From positions 41,292,001 to 41,356,000 of the forward strand of contig NC_043014.1 in assembly GCF_006345805.1 (NCBI RefSeq): a stretch of 64,000 nucleotides of DNA, written 5' to 3'. The notes under the pieces are model-generated. The model worked only from the letters and a program-made list of their open reading frames with translations, did not search any database and was not told the DNA's origin. Position 1 is the first letter of the stretch; every line of letters starts with the position of its first letter. Of the stretch, positions 1 through 13,085 are shown piece after piece. The translations under genes and the position numbers were made by a program. The stretch is from Octopus sinensis (taxonomy: Eukaryota).

Positions 1-172
1 ATTTTAACTTAAGTCATTAGTCATTACGGGATACTATTATTGCTTGTTAAGCGTAAGTTATCTTCCTTGGGCTGGTTTATAACAAATTTAAAGTTTGTTC
101 TAAAAGTAATATAAGTGGAGAAAAAGTGTACAGGTTAAAGGATTGAAATCTTAAGCTTAAAATGATACATAC

Positions 173-329
173 AGGTGCAGGCATGGCTGTGTGGTAAGAA
201 GCTTGCTTACCAACCACATATTTTGGGGTTCAGTCCAACTGCATGGCACCTTGGACAATTGTCGTCAACTATAGCATCGGGCCGACCGAAGCCTTGTGAG
301 TAGTAGACGGAAACTGAAAGAAGCCCATC

Positions 330-408
<79 letters not shown>

Positions 409-625
409 TATGTGTAATACTGTGTTTGTCCCCACCGCCATCGCTTGACAACTGATGCTGGTTTGTCCATGTCCTTCCGTAATATAGCAGTTCGGCAAAA
501 ATGACCCATAAAATAATTACTAGGCTTATAAAGAATAAATCCTGGAGTCGCATTCTTAGACTAAAATCATTGAAGGCGATGCTCTAGCATGGCTGCAGTC
601 AAATGACTAAAACAATAAAAAAGAT
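173..625 (+). mobile_element. tRNA-derived SINE, family A (full length)
   Basis: Head GGTGCAGGCATGGCTGTGTGGTAAG (A-box-like) and GGTTCAGTCC (B-box-like), internal (TA)n(TG)n, tail GCTCTAGCATGGCTGCAGTCAAATGACT. About 20 homologous copies in the window. Confidence 0.9.
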
Positions 626-811
626 AGAGTAAGAAGAATAAGCGGCGAAAATGTTTAAAAGTTTGAATATATGAAGTTATAAAGAAAGGGAAAGCATTTT
701 GTTACGTCATATGATTTAGATTGATAGGAATTTTTTTTTTTTTTAAAGATAGTCGGGAGAAATAAGATAACAAAACAGTTAAAACCAAGAAGAATATCGT
801 GATAAATACTT

Positions 812-1408
812 ATGTTAGTTAGTTAGTTAGTTAATTTGGCTCAAAAGCAAGTAGCAAGGCCATGTAGGGGGACATGGAGTTAAGTACAGGGTGGTGTTCA
901 TGTAAAGAGTTCAGGCCACTTGAGGTCAAGGGAGGCTTTGAACAAAGCGGTCGTTGGCATCTTCACCATCTCGTCTGGCGGCTTGTTCCACGGATCCGCA
1001 ACCCGGACGGAGAAAGCTCCTCTCCTTCGATTGAGATGAAATCGTCACAGGTAGAGCTTTTCGGAATGACCCCGCAGCCGACGCTCTGGAGCAGGAGTGA
1101 AGAACAGCTCTTTCGAGAGGTTACACTTCCCGCTTATGATGTTGTGGGCGAGAATGAGATCACCACGGCGGCGGCGTTTTTCAAGAGAATAAAGGTCGAG
1201 CGTCCTCAGCCTTTCTTCATAGGACAAATTTTTGAGACCATGAACCATGCGGGTAGCCAGCTTCTGGACTCTTTCGAGATGCTGTATGTCTTTGAGGAGA
1301 TAAGGAGAAGAGGCTTGAATCCCGTACTCCAATATGGGTCTCACCAGCGTGACATAGAGTGGTAGGAATATGGCTGTTGTGAGCATTCCGAATGACCGTC
1401 GAATCATA
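812..1408 (-). mobile_element. 5'-truncated CR1/L2-group LINE (end of ORF2, 3' UTR, (TAAC)n tail)
   Basis: Translation LYVTLVRPILEYGIQASSPY..LERVQKLATRMV..LSYEERLRTLDLYSLEKRRRRGDLI..RLRGH is the typical CR1-type C-terminus. One in-frame stop at about 1045. Ends in TAAC repeats at about 814-832. Confidence 0.9.
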
Positions 1409-2937
1409 TATGGACAATCAGAGTGGTATATTCTTGTGTTTTTAGCAAATATTTATTGAAATGACGATATCTGTTGAATAGACCTGGTTTAACATTTAAA
1501 TAATCCCCGGAAGCTTTCAGGTTTTCGTGCAAGAATTTTGTCCATTCTCTACATAATCCGCATGTTTTTGTACAGTTTCTTTATAATTTAGATCTTATGA
1601 GTATCATTCATATTATCAAATCCAGTACTGCGTTATTTTAAAATTCCTTATGTAATTAGATAATTCGTTGCATTGTCCTTTGCGATATTTCTCAAGGAAG
1701 AATTGCGGTTAAATGTTTATATATAACTTTAGCTATAGCTAAACAGCTTTATGCACGGTATTTGTATTTGTTTTGGTGGATGTTATCTCTGCTTCGTAAA
1801 TAATGGCTTCAGTGTTGCATGACTTATATAGGAGAAATGTATTTCTATTTAATCATTTGTCGTTAACACTATTACTTTGTAGGATGGGGACCTTTTCACA
1901 TCGGTGGTGCAGCAGAATGACAAGATATTAAGTTTTCATATTGATAGCATATTTCAGATAAGGTTTATTTTTATTGAATTTGTTTCTCTATCGCTGATTG
2001 ATGAGGTAATATGTATTTATAAAAGTTTTTTTTTTTCTCTTTGCTATATTAGACGTTTAGGGAAAAGAGGGTATGAATCGGGTAATTGAACAGTTATATT
2101 TCTCATAAGTCGTGGGAAGATTAGATATATACTTGATCTTCTCTTTGGTTCTACTATTATTGTCAAAAATGTCTTTATTTCATGACAGGTTACAGGTTCT
2201 CCTGACATTAATTATCATCCTTTTGGAAAATATAGATGGATGATAGGATTATGTGTTAATATATGCAGGTTTATCATTAAGTTTACAGTATGTTTTGCTT
2301 ACGTCACTGGTTAAATTGAGAGTAACATTTAACATATTTGCAATAATTTCGTTAGTTCTGATAGTTAACTTTATACAGGAAATTTTGAAGGTATATACCT
2401 ACATACACACAAACACGCATATTATCAGTTGGAACATCAGTTTTGAAAAAGACTTGAAAATGCATATTCTCAGGAAATATTCTGAATCTGCAGCACTTTC
2501 AGTCCTCAAAACGCATGAAGAGAAATATGTTTGCGAGTTATTAACATCACGCCCTGGAGGGATGAATACAACGACAGGAAAATTTCATCATATTTACACA
2601 AAACGGATTGATTAGATATTCTTCTTAATCTTTTTCAATTTTACTTTTCTTTTCTTTTTTCTCTTTCTTTCTTTTTCCTTTTTCCAGTTGCAAACTTGAA
2701 AAATGAAGACTGATAATGTCATCCCCTCAATGTGGGAACGCTGGTTGCCCTCGTTCAAATTTTGGATTTGAATTTCTATAATTTTGAATTTCTATGTATC
2801 GCTTTTCATTTTGAATTCGACAAAGACAGGCAAGCTGTCGAAATATCGCTCCACTAATAAAATATCTATTGCAAACGCATCGCGCTCTTCGTATTCTTTA
2901 TCTACCGTTGTGGGGGGTTTCGTCAATCCTTTTAAAA

Positions 2938-2989
<52 letters not shown>

Positions 2990-2992
<3 letters not shown>

Positions 2993-3343
2993 TAGTTTAA
3001 TTTTTATAGCGTGCTTTCACTTCACTACCGAGCGCAGCTCTGTGGGCCTTGGGTATGTGCTGTAATTTGTTGTGATGCTCTGATTGTTACTATACTGAAA
3101 GTATTTTGCGTAGGATGTGTGCAGTGCCCAGTAGTGCAATTTTCTGTATGTTATATGTGTTTGTAAGTACTGTTGTTTTTGTTATGTATTTGTCTGAATA
3201 TTTTTTCATCATACCTAATGCGCCTACTATGATAGGAACTGTTTCTGTTTTTAGATTCCACATTCGAGTTACCTCTATTTATAGGTTTTTGTATTTTGAA
3301 AGTTTCTCCATTTCTTTTAGAGACACGTTGTCATCTGCTGGTA

Positions 3344-3346
<3 letters not shown>
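2990..3346 (-). mobile_element. R4/Dong-like non-LTR retrotransposon 3' fragment (restriction-like endonuclease end) inside (TAA)n
   Basis: IPADDNVSLKEMEKLSKYKNL*IEVTRMW...VPIIVGALG...IQKIALLGTAHILRKILSV* matches the RLE C-terminal motifs of R4-clade elements. Flanked on both sides by (ATT)n. Confidence 0.8.
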
Positions 3347-3413
<67 letters not shown>

Positions 3414-3419
3414 TATTAC

Positions 3420-3454
<35 letters not shown>

Positions 3455-3522
3455 TATTATTATTATTCATTATCATTATCAATATTATTATTATATTATT
3501 ATTATTATTATACTATTATTAC

Positions 3523-3555
<33 letters not shown>

Positions 3556-3564
3556 CATTATTAA

Positions 3565-3606
<42 letters not shown>

Positions 3607-3639
3607 CATCATTATCATCATTATTATTATCATTATTAC

Positions 3640-3677
<38 letters not shown>
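3347..3677. repeat. (ATT)n microsatellite (also 2939-2989 and 4568-4748)
   Basis: Direct observation. Confidence 0.95.
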
Positions 3678-3678
<1 letters not shown>

Positions 3679-4156
3679 TTTGTTGAGACATTTAGTACTT
3701 TCTTTTAGGAATGAAGACAGATGTTCAAATTGCGAATTGTTAGAAAGAAACCCGATAGTTCTTTTCCTTATAGGCTGTCAGTTTAAATCCGTTCAGAAGT
3801 ACGTTTAGTATTCGTCTATATGAGATCGGAAAAAACCAACAAATAAAAAATGAATCGATTCCCCTATTAACACCCTTCACCACCCTTCAAAATACGAGGC
3901 ATTGCGCCAAATGTAACAATTATTATCGTTATTTCTCAATATGCATATATCAGATGTATCAAAAGGCCCACTTCCAAGAGCCTCATTTATATACGGGATT
4001 GCAGATATTTATCTACTAACATGCGTTATTTGTGAGTATATGTGTGTGTGTGTATGTGAGTGTCTGCGTGCGTGTGTGTTATCTGATGGTCGAATGAATT
4101 TCAAAGGAGTTCTTTTTAACTTTTGCAATAGTCCTACTATTATTGTAAGTATATAC

Positions 4157-4204
<48 letters not shown>

Positions 4205-4408
4205 ATATATATAATATATATATATACAATAAATATGTGTGTGTTTGTATTATATTCGTATGTATGTTTATGCATGTTTTTATGTATTCACACATATACA
4301 TATATATTGTAGCTTGGAATTGATCCTATTTTAGTCCAGAATGTTGGAGTCAGCCTGGTTTTTCTGCTGAATTCATTTCTTTCTGATGAATTTTACAAAA
4401 TATTGGCC

Positions 4409-4446
<38 letters not shown>

Positions 4447-4748
4447 ACACACACGCGCGCGCGCGCACAGTGAATTTCAATAAACAGGCTGTTCAAGAGG
4501 ACATGCACAAGAAAGGAATTAGCTTGACGCTCAGACAGCCTTTTGTGTACCAAATCTATTTACAAGATTATTATTTTATTATTATTATTATATTATTATT
4601 ATTATTATTATTATCATTATATTATTATTATTATTATGTTGTTGTTGGATTATTATCATTATTATTTATGTTGTTGTTATTATTATATTATTGTTATTAT
4701 TATATTATATTATATTATTATTATTATTATATTATCATTATTATTATT

Positions 4749-4897
4749 CAGTAGTCTTATTTTATCACATGCTTTCACTGTACTACCGAGCACACTCGGT
4801 AGTGTTGGTGATGTGCTTTGTGTCTTGGGTATGTTCTGTGGTTTATTTTGGTGTTTATACTTTCACGGCATTAAAAGTGCTTTACGGAGGATGTGTT
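4749..4897 (-). mobile_element. Second, more diverged R4/Dong-like 3' end abutting (TAA)n
   Basis: TTATTCAGTAGT..GCTTTCACT..ACTACCGAGC..CTTGGGTATGT..GGATGTGT aligns with 2990-3120. Encodes HILRKALL on the minus strand. Confidence 0.7.
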
Positions 4898-4996
4898 TGT
4901 TTACTAAATTCAATGGTACCTTTTAACCATGTTCGGTAAGTTCACCGCCATCAATTCACTGTGTTTTTTTTTCTTCAATAAAATACTTTTTAATAT

Positions 4997-5160
4997 AGGC
5001 GTAAGAGTGGCTGGTTGGTAAGTAGCTTGCTTACAAAACATGGTTCCGGGTTCAGTCCCACTGCGTGGCACCGGGCAAGTGTCTTCCACTATAACATCGG
5101 GCCGACCAAAGGCTTGTGAGTGGATTTGGTAGACGGAAACTGAAAGAAGCCCATCGTGAT

Positions 5161-5206
<46 letters not shown>

Positions 5207-5475
5207 AGATCGTAGCCACGACACACATTTTTCTCTCTCCTTTTCTGTGTCCTTTTCGGTAGAAGAGCGTAGGCTCGAAAAGTAAAAGACTTTTCTATTC
5301 TGAGCATTAAACTAATACATCTGTTGTTTGTACACCGCCTGTCTTCGTCTTTTGTCTTTTTCGTAAAAGGATTACAAAGAATAAGCCCTAGTGTCGATTT
5401 GCTCGACTAAAGGTGGCGTTCCAGCATGGCCACAGTCACATGACTGAAACAATTAAAAGATAGTAAAAGAGTATT
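4997..5475 (+). mobile_element. SINE A with its middle replaced by a Penelope-like terminal fragment (about 5205-5367)
   Basis: SINE A head to 5157, then (TA)n, then a foreign segment with GAAGAGCGTAGGCTCGAAA, then SINE A tail resumes at TTACAAAGAATAAG. Confidence 0.8.
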
Positions 5476-6104
5476 ATTGGTGAGATGCTGTGGATACCTT
5501 TTCTCGGTTAACTTTCACTGCGGTGAACTTTGTTTACGGCGAACTTTCTTCAAAGATAGCGGTGAAATTATTTGTTTTGTCTTATATAATAATACCGTAG
5601 ATTTTTGATGATCATGAAGTGAAGGAAACTCATGTGTCAATGAAAAACATTTCATGAAGGAATGGAGAAGCTTGTAGCATCGATAAGCCAAGTGTGATAT
5701 AATGCGAGGTGATGTTTCAAAATGATGCTCCTTTACGTTTAAAATATCCGATGTTGTGGAAAATTGTTTAAAAATTAATGAGATTAAAAAAAAACCTCAC
5801 TAAACGTTGCTGTTGTTACATAAAGGAGCGGCTATGGTTGTCGCAAACGCAGCGACCTGGTTGATTTCATAAGATAAAACCTGCACCGAAGGAGATCTCA
5901 TCTAGTGATCTGACGTAATTAATTTTCCCGCCAATATGAATCATCAGCGCAATGCAGATAATTAATGAGAAACACTTGTACGAAGTATCTCCAATTGCAA
6001 AGAGTGTGTTATACTTTCAAATGATTTACAGTAATTAATCCATATTATGAGTTTTGTTACTACATTTATGTTATTACATTCTCGATGAACAACCAGACTG
6101 TTAT

Positions 6105-6493
6105 GGATGGAAGCACTCCGTCGGTTACGACGACGAGGGTTCCGGTTGATCCGAATCAACGGAACAGCCTGCTCGTGAAATTAACGTGTAAGTGGCTGAG
6201 CACTCCACAGACACGTGCACCCTTAACGTAGTTCTCGGGGATATTCAGCGTGACACAGAGAGTGACAAGGCCGGCCCCTTGAAATACAGGTACAACAGAA
6301 ACAGGAAGTAAGAGTGAGAGAAAGTTGTGGTGAAAGAGTACAGCAGGGATCACCACCATCCCCTGCCGGAGCCTCGTGGAGCTTTAGGTGTTTTTGCTCA
6401 ATAAACACTCACAACTCCCGGTCTGGGAATCGAAACCGCGATCCTATGACCGCAAGTCCGCTGCCCTAACCACTGGGCCATTGCGCCTCCACT
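6105..6493 (-). mobile_element. tRNA-derived SINE, family C (tail type 1) with 13-bp TSD
   Basis: Head GTGGAGGCGCAATGGCCCAGTGGTTAGGGCAGCGGAC..GGTTTCGATTCCC. ACCAGACTGTTAT is duplicated at 6092-6104 and 6494-6506. Confidence 0.9.
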
Positions 6494-6943
6494 ACCAGAC
6501 TGTTATAGTGGATAGGTGTAAGGGCTTTGTATTTTGTTGCTATTTTGTTTTCGAGAGTTGGGGTTCGCTGTTGCTGTTGTTTTCGAGAATCAATATTATT
6601 TCTCTGTATCATAAACCAGTCAGATATCCATTATAATTGTTTTAACAATTCATTCTGGTACTAAAGATTCTTTATCATTTTGGTGCATCAACTAACGTCT
6701 GAGATGCTTCCGTCCATTCCAGGTGCTCTGAAACTTTTTTCCTGTTATCCGACGTGACATTGTTGGTTTTTCGGTCATTCTCTCTCTCTCCCTCCTTCCA
6801 AGGGAGTATTGATATTGATATCCTAAAAATTTGGAGTTTTCCCTCTTATTTATTTCAGTGCACTGCCTTTCCTTTTCGTTAAATAAATTTAAGATTTCTT
6901 TTGTTTTTCTTTTCCCAAATTATATATGTATATATATATATAT

Positions 6944-7173
6944 TTATAAATTAGAAAAAAAGCACATTTTATCGATTCAATAATGACATTTTAAATTATA
7001 CCATTTAGAAAAATTACATATTATAGAAAGATTAAATATAAGATAAAACATATAACAATGATTAAGTAATATGTTATATGTTTTATCTTTCTATAATATG
7101 TAATTTTTCTAAATGGTATAATTTAATTTTTCATCATTGAATTGATAAAAGGTGTTTTTTCTTTCTAATTTAT
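6944..7173. repeat. AT-rich imperfect palindrome (fold-back)
   Basis: TTAAATTATACCATTTAGAAAAATTACATATTATAGAAAGAT and its flanks recur as reverse complement at about 7085-7173. Confidence 0.85.
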
Positions 7174-7174
7174 A

Positions 7175-7272
7175 CTCTTTATTCTTTTACTCTTTTACTC
7201 TCTTACTTGTTTCAGTCATTTGACTGTGGCCATGCTGGAGGACCGCCTGTGGGCATGCTGGAGCACCGCCTT
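7175..7272 (-). mobile_element. SINE A 3' tail fragment
   Basis: TACTTGTTTCAGTCATTTGACTGTGGCCATGCTGGAG..CCGCC. Confidence 0.8.
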
Positions 7273-7404
7273 TATATATATTGTATTTTGTGAAATTTGA
7301 TTTTAGTTTTGAATTGAATTTTTCCCCCGTAAGTTTGGAATAATATTCCCTCATATTATTATTATTATTATATTATTATATTAACACACACACACACATA
7401 TATA

Positions 7405-7698
7405 GAGGCGCAATGGCCCAGTGGGTTAGGGCAGCGGACTCGCGGTCGGAGGATCGCGGTTTCGATTCCCAGATCGGGCGTTGTGAGTGTTTATTGAGCG
7501 AAAACACCTAAGCTCCACGAGGCTCCGGCAGGGGGGTGTGGCGAACCTGCTGTACTCTTTCGCCACAACTTTCTCTCACTCTTCTTCTGTGGCCTGCTCG
7601 CTTAGCAGCGGGGTGGCCGTCATTTGAAGGCTAAAACAATGCGAAGCGCATTGGACCAGCGATGTGTAGCAACATCTGATGCCCGGTCATCACGGTGA
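7405..7698 (+). mobile_element. SINE C (tail type 2)
   Basis: Same head and body as 6105-6493 up to ACAACTTTCTCTCACTCTT, then a different 3' half. Confidence 0.85.
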
Positions 7699-8439
7699 TA
7701 TATATATACATATATATCTGTGTGTGTATAGTATACTTTAGTTCCTCTTTTCTTTAATTCGGCTAAGAATGGTCTTGCTAAGCCCGATATCCGCCTCCCC
7801 CCCGATACTAGCATGACCACTGAATAGACGATCAAATCTTTAGCCTGTTGCTATTCAGATTTATTTCTGCGTAAATAATTTATTGCAAGCATTGCTCGAA
7901 TTATTCTTTTATGAAGATATCTGTTCATTCGTAGCTTCTGCAGTCCCTTTCTCTTGATCCATATTCATTGATTTTGTTATGGCAGTTTCTGTTTTTCTTT
8001 ATTGCGTCTGATAGATTTTTCCGTAATGTTTTAACTCTGGTTAATCTATCGTGATGTGTATTTTTATTATGCTTATTGTCAATTGTGTGATCGAGTATGT
8101 ATTTTTTGTAGCAGCTGAGCATTTGGTTGGTTGTTTCCATGGGCACATACGTGGTCATCATCCTGTTTTCCTTTTGTGTTTGCTTTTATTCTCGCCGTAA
8201 TGGCTCCTTTTCACCGTGTGTAATGGGTTCCTTTATATTTTCATTATGTTTTCAAATCTCATTTATTGTACGATATCTACTTTCCTTTTGTGGAGACTTA
8301 CGTGTTTTTATGCGTAATGGATTATGACGTGATGCTTCTGTTTGTTTGCCAAAGATGACTCTGTGTACTATTTCTCGATTGTTTTGTTTTAATTTTACTC
8401 TGCATTTCTGTATAAGAGTTGCACTGTTCCGATCTCTCT

Positions 8440-8852
8440 CTCTCTCTCTTTACTTGTTTCAGCCAGTTGACTGCGGCCCATGCTGGAGCACCGCCTTTAG
8501 TCGAGCAACTCGACCCCGGGACTTATTCTTTGTAAGCCCAGTACTTATTCTATCGGGCTCTTTTACCGAACCGCTAAGTGACGGGGACATAAACACACCA
8601 GCATCGGTTGTCAAGCAATGCTAGGGGGACAAACACAGACACACAAACATACACATAAACACACGTATACATATATATATATATATACATATATACGACG
8701 AGCTTCTTTCAGTTTCCGTCTACCAAATCCACTCACAAGGCTTTGGTCGGCCCGAGGCTATAGTAAAAGACACTTGCGCGAGGTGCCACGCAGTGGGACT
8801 GAACCCGGAACTATGTGGTTGGTAAGCAAGCTACTTACCACACAGACACTCC
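8440..8852 (-). mobile_element. SINE A (full length)
   Basis: Reverse complement of the family A consensus. Confidence 0.9.
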
Positions 8853-9174
8853 TAGTTTTTTTTTTATTATTATAAATCTCCGCTCATTCACAAGGGCTCT
8901 TGAGCTTCGATTTTGTTTCATATCCTCATTTTTGTTTTCCTCATGTCATATACATGACATCTGTAAAGTTAGTCTCAGTTGGATATAACATAACACGAGT
9001 GTAACACTTTCAAGTTTTGTTATGTTTTCGTTGACACTTACTACGCAATGTGTCACTTTTAGTGGGGAGAGAGAGCATTCATATTTAGAGAAGATAATAT
9101 TCATTTGGCCAAATTTTAGGTATTATATTTTGTGTAATAAGAGCACACAAAAGGTTAAACTACTTACTCTCCTT

Positions 9175-9420
9175 ATTCTTTACTCTTTACTCTTTTACTT
9201 GTTTCAGTCATTTGACTGTGGCCATGCTGGAGCACCGTCTTTAGTCGAGCAAATCTACCCCAGGATTTATTCTTTGTAAGCCTAGTACTTATTCTATCGG
9301 TCTCTTTAAGCCGAACCGCTAAGTTACGGGGACGTAAACACACCAGCATCAGCTGTCAAGCGACATTGGGAGGGGGAACAAACACAGACATACAAACATA
9401 CACATACACAACATACATAC
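9175..9420 (-). mobile_element. SINE A 3' half
   Basis: Homology to family A tail, ending in the internal microsatellite. Confidence 0.85.
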
Positions 9421-9766
9421 ATACATACATATAATATAATATATATTATATATATATATAATATATATATATAATATATACATATATATATCTCAGTCGA
9501 GTTCCAGATTATCTTTGCATATGTATATATGTATATATGTATATATATATGTATTATTATGTATATTATGTGTGTGTATGTGGTATATATTAAAAAAACT
9601 TAATTCGAAACTTTTAAACTGTCATCATTATATATATATACTTATACATATTTAATATATATTTATATTGAAATAGAAAATTATTTTACACACGTATATA
9701 TCTTTCTGAAGAATTTCTAATATTGATTCCTGATATTAATAATAAATATTATATAAAATATATATG

Positions 9767-9818
<52 letters not shown>

Positions 9819-9924
9819 ATATATATAATAACATATATTATATATATACATATATATATGTATATATGTATATATATATATATATACATATATATGTATA
9901 TATATATATATATACATATGTATC

Positions 9925-9955
<31 letters not shown>

Positions 9956-10110
9956 GTGTATAATATGTATGTATATGTATAATATATATGTATATATATA
10001 TATATATTATATATAAGTATTATATATATGTATATACGTATATATACCTATATATACACACATATACATATAAATATATAAGTGTGTGTGTATATATATA
10101 TATATGTACG
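9420..10110. repeat. Degenerate (TA)n/(TATG)n field
   Basis: Direct observation. Confidence 0.9.
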
Positions 10111-10883
10111 TATTTTGTAAATGATGTTACGCTTACCACGACATGATAACATGAGTCACTTCTAAGGCAATGATCTGGACAACTTGGGACTTCGGGACGA
10201 AACCTATTTTCCCCACATGTTCTATTATTCATTCGTCACTGATTCATTTAACACGATGCTTTATGAGAACTAAACGCGTGTGATAAATGAGAATGGATGG
10301 ATTTGAATTATCAATAAAAATAGATTTCTTTAATCCTTACATTACCATTATTTCGTCCCTTTTTTTTTCCTGATCGTTACTCTGATATATTGGTTATAAC
10401 ATCTCTCGAGATGTTTTCTAAGCAGTTGAATAAATCTGCTCTTTATTGCCGATGTGGGTTTGAAAAAGGTTTTTCTCACGTAAGACATGTTACATTTATG
10501 AGATTTTTGTGACCGTGTGCTAAACGATTCACATTCAAACATCTCGCAAAAGGCTCAACATGGCCCCTAAATATACGTCTAAAAAGGGACTAGTGTTGCT
10601 TATTTATGTGATTGCACTTATTTTTTTGCATGCGCACAATCTCTTTCTTTGTCCTCTATATCTCGCTTTATCCCTTTTCTATTTCACACACGCCCACACA
10701 TATGACAGGTTTTTCAATACAATTTCAGTCCCCCAAATACATTCACAAGACACGACATTGGTCGGTCATGGGTTATAGTAAAAGACAGCAAAAGAGTCAC
10801 GCAGTGGGATTGAACCTGAAACTACGTGGTTTCAAAGCAAGCCTCTTAACCACACACTCAAGTCTGCACCAATATACACAACC

Positions 10884-11047
10884 AGGCGTTGGAGTGGCTG
10901 TGTGGTAAGTAGCTTGCTTACAAACCACATGGTTCTGGGTTCAGTCCCAGTGCGTGGCACCTTGGGTAAGTGTCTTCTACTATAGCCTCGGGCCGACCAA
11001 AGCCTTGTGACTGGATTTGGTAGACGGAAACTGAAAGAAGCCCGCCG

Positions 11048-11098
<51 letters not shown>

Positions 11099-11360
11099 TG
11101 TGTTGTGTGTGTGTATGTGTGTTGTGTTGTGTGTGTGTGTGTGTGTGAGTATTTGTGTGTCTGTGTTTGTCCCCCCAACATCACTTGACAACCGATGCTG
11201 ATGTGTTTACGTCCCCGTAAATTAGTGGTTCGGCAAAAAGTGACCATTAAAAATAAGTACTAGGCTAACAAAGAATAAGTCCTGGGGGTCGATTTGTTCG
11301 ACTAAAGGCGGTGCTCCAACATGGCCACAGTCAAATGACTGAAACAAGTAAAAGAATATA
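10884..11360 (+). mobile_element. SINE A (full length); degenerate inverted head at about 10700-10870
   Basis: Family A consensus match. Confidence 0.9.
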
Positions 11361-11720
11361 AGAATAACAGAATCAAAAGAAGCAAGAACATGTGACTCAA
11401 TATGCCTGAAGGGCATGGCGTACGTTAGCAAATGTGTGTTCGTGTAAAACAACACGGAAAAATCAACCAAATACTTTAAAGATTATGTCGGAAATATAAA
11501 CGCACATTATTCAATTTAATGTATGTTATCAAACGTTGTATTATTTAACCAAGTTCTGTCATCTCGCCCAAGAGAAACTAGATGAATGTGTTGAAAAAAA
11601 TATTTAAATATTCTAATAGTTTTTGTGTGACAGCTATCAGCAGTACACCAATGCCATTCACTGTTATCTCCTTTTATTACATACAATTATTTACTGTAAT
11701 TTATCGCTCTATTATCGGTA

Positions 11721-11723
<3 letters not shown>

Positions 11724-11760
<37 letters not shown>

Positions 11761-11799
11761 TATGTATTATGTATGTATATATATTATATATATATATAT

Positions 11800-11884
<85 letters not shown>

Positions 11885-11885
11885 A

Positions 11886-11934
<49 letters not shown>

Positions 11935-12090
11935 TATATGTATATATATTTATATATATATATATTTATATATATGTATATGAATATCTATATATATTTA
12001 TATATATATGAATATATATAATATATATATAGGTATATGTATGTGTGTGTTGATGTATATGTATGTATGTACATGTTTGTGGGTGTGTGA
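11724..12090. repeat. (TA)n field
   Basis: Direct observation. Confidence 0.95.
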
Positions 12091-12552
12091 GTCGCATTGT
12101 TTAGAATAATTAGAATACTCTGTTAACCTCAACCTGTGTCAAGAATCAGGTTAGACGCAGAGCTATGAAATTCAAAAGAACCATATCCAGCAAGTAATAC
12201 GGTACATTAATACATACTCTTGAGAATTTCATTTTCAATATTTAACAAGCCAGCACCTATCAACCTTCCTATGACCTCTCAGACAAGTAAGAACGTTATA
12301 TATTCAAACTAAAAGTTGGCCCGAACGCTTGCAGAGTAGTTGAATCTACTAAATATAAAACTGAGAGTTTTTTGTGTACTGGATGTGAGAAAGACTATGA
12401 AAAAATCCTGGAATTCAGTACAGTAGAAAATGCAAAGGATAAGGCTTTAAGCCTAAGCATCTGGCTAAAACATATTCGATAGTAAATGCCACTTAAATGC
12501 TTCCTACGTAGAAGGCTCATAAATCAAAATGGTAACAAACAACGAAAGCTGG

Positions 12553-13085
12553 CAACTTCAAAGTGTCACCACGGCACAAGGCAGCACCGACGCAAATTTG
12601 GTGACTTTAGATAAATCGTATTGTCATTATTTTCAGTGCGTAACTGGTACTTAATTTATTCGGGGTCGATAAATTAAGTACCAGTTACGCATTGGGGTCG
12701 ATGTAATCGACTTAATCCGTTCGTCTGTCCTTGTTTGTCCCCTCTGTGTTTAGCCCCTTGTGAGTAGTAAAGAAATAGATAAATAGTATTGTCTTCAATC
12801 CCAGGCAATGATTAGGAGACCTAGGAACTCTCTCGCTCTCTCTGTCTGCCTGTCTGTCTGTCTGTCTGTCTTCTCTTTCTCACTTTCTCTCTCTCTCTCT
12901 CTCTCTCTGTCAACTTCAAAGTGTCACCACGGCACAAGGCGGCACCGAACGCAAATTTGGTGACTTTAGATAAATCGTATTGTCTTCATTTCCAGGCAAT
13001 GATAAGGAGCTCTAGGAACTCTCTAGCTCTCCCTGTCTGCCTGTCTGTCTAGCTGTCTGTCTGTCTTCTCTTTCTCTTTCTCTCT

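Noticed and set aside
874-1365. 163-aa + strand ORF
   Set aside because: Antisense shadow of the CR1-type LINE ORF2.
7405-7480. tRNA genes at SINE heads
   Set aside because: A/B boxes are present but there is no complete cloverleaf or terminator, and they are always fused to SINE bodies.
7925-8161. 78-aa non-repetitive ORF
   Set aside because: No recognisable motif or splice sites. Possibly decayed TE coding sequence.
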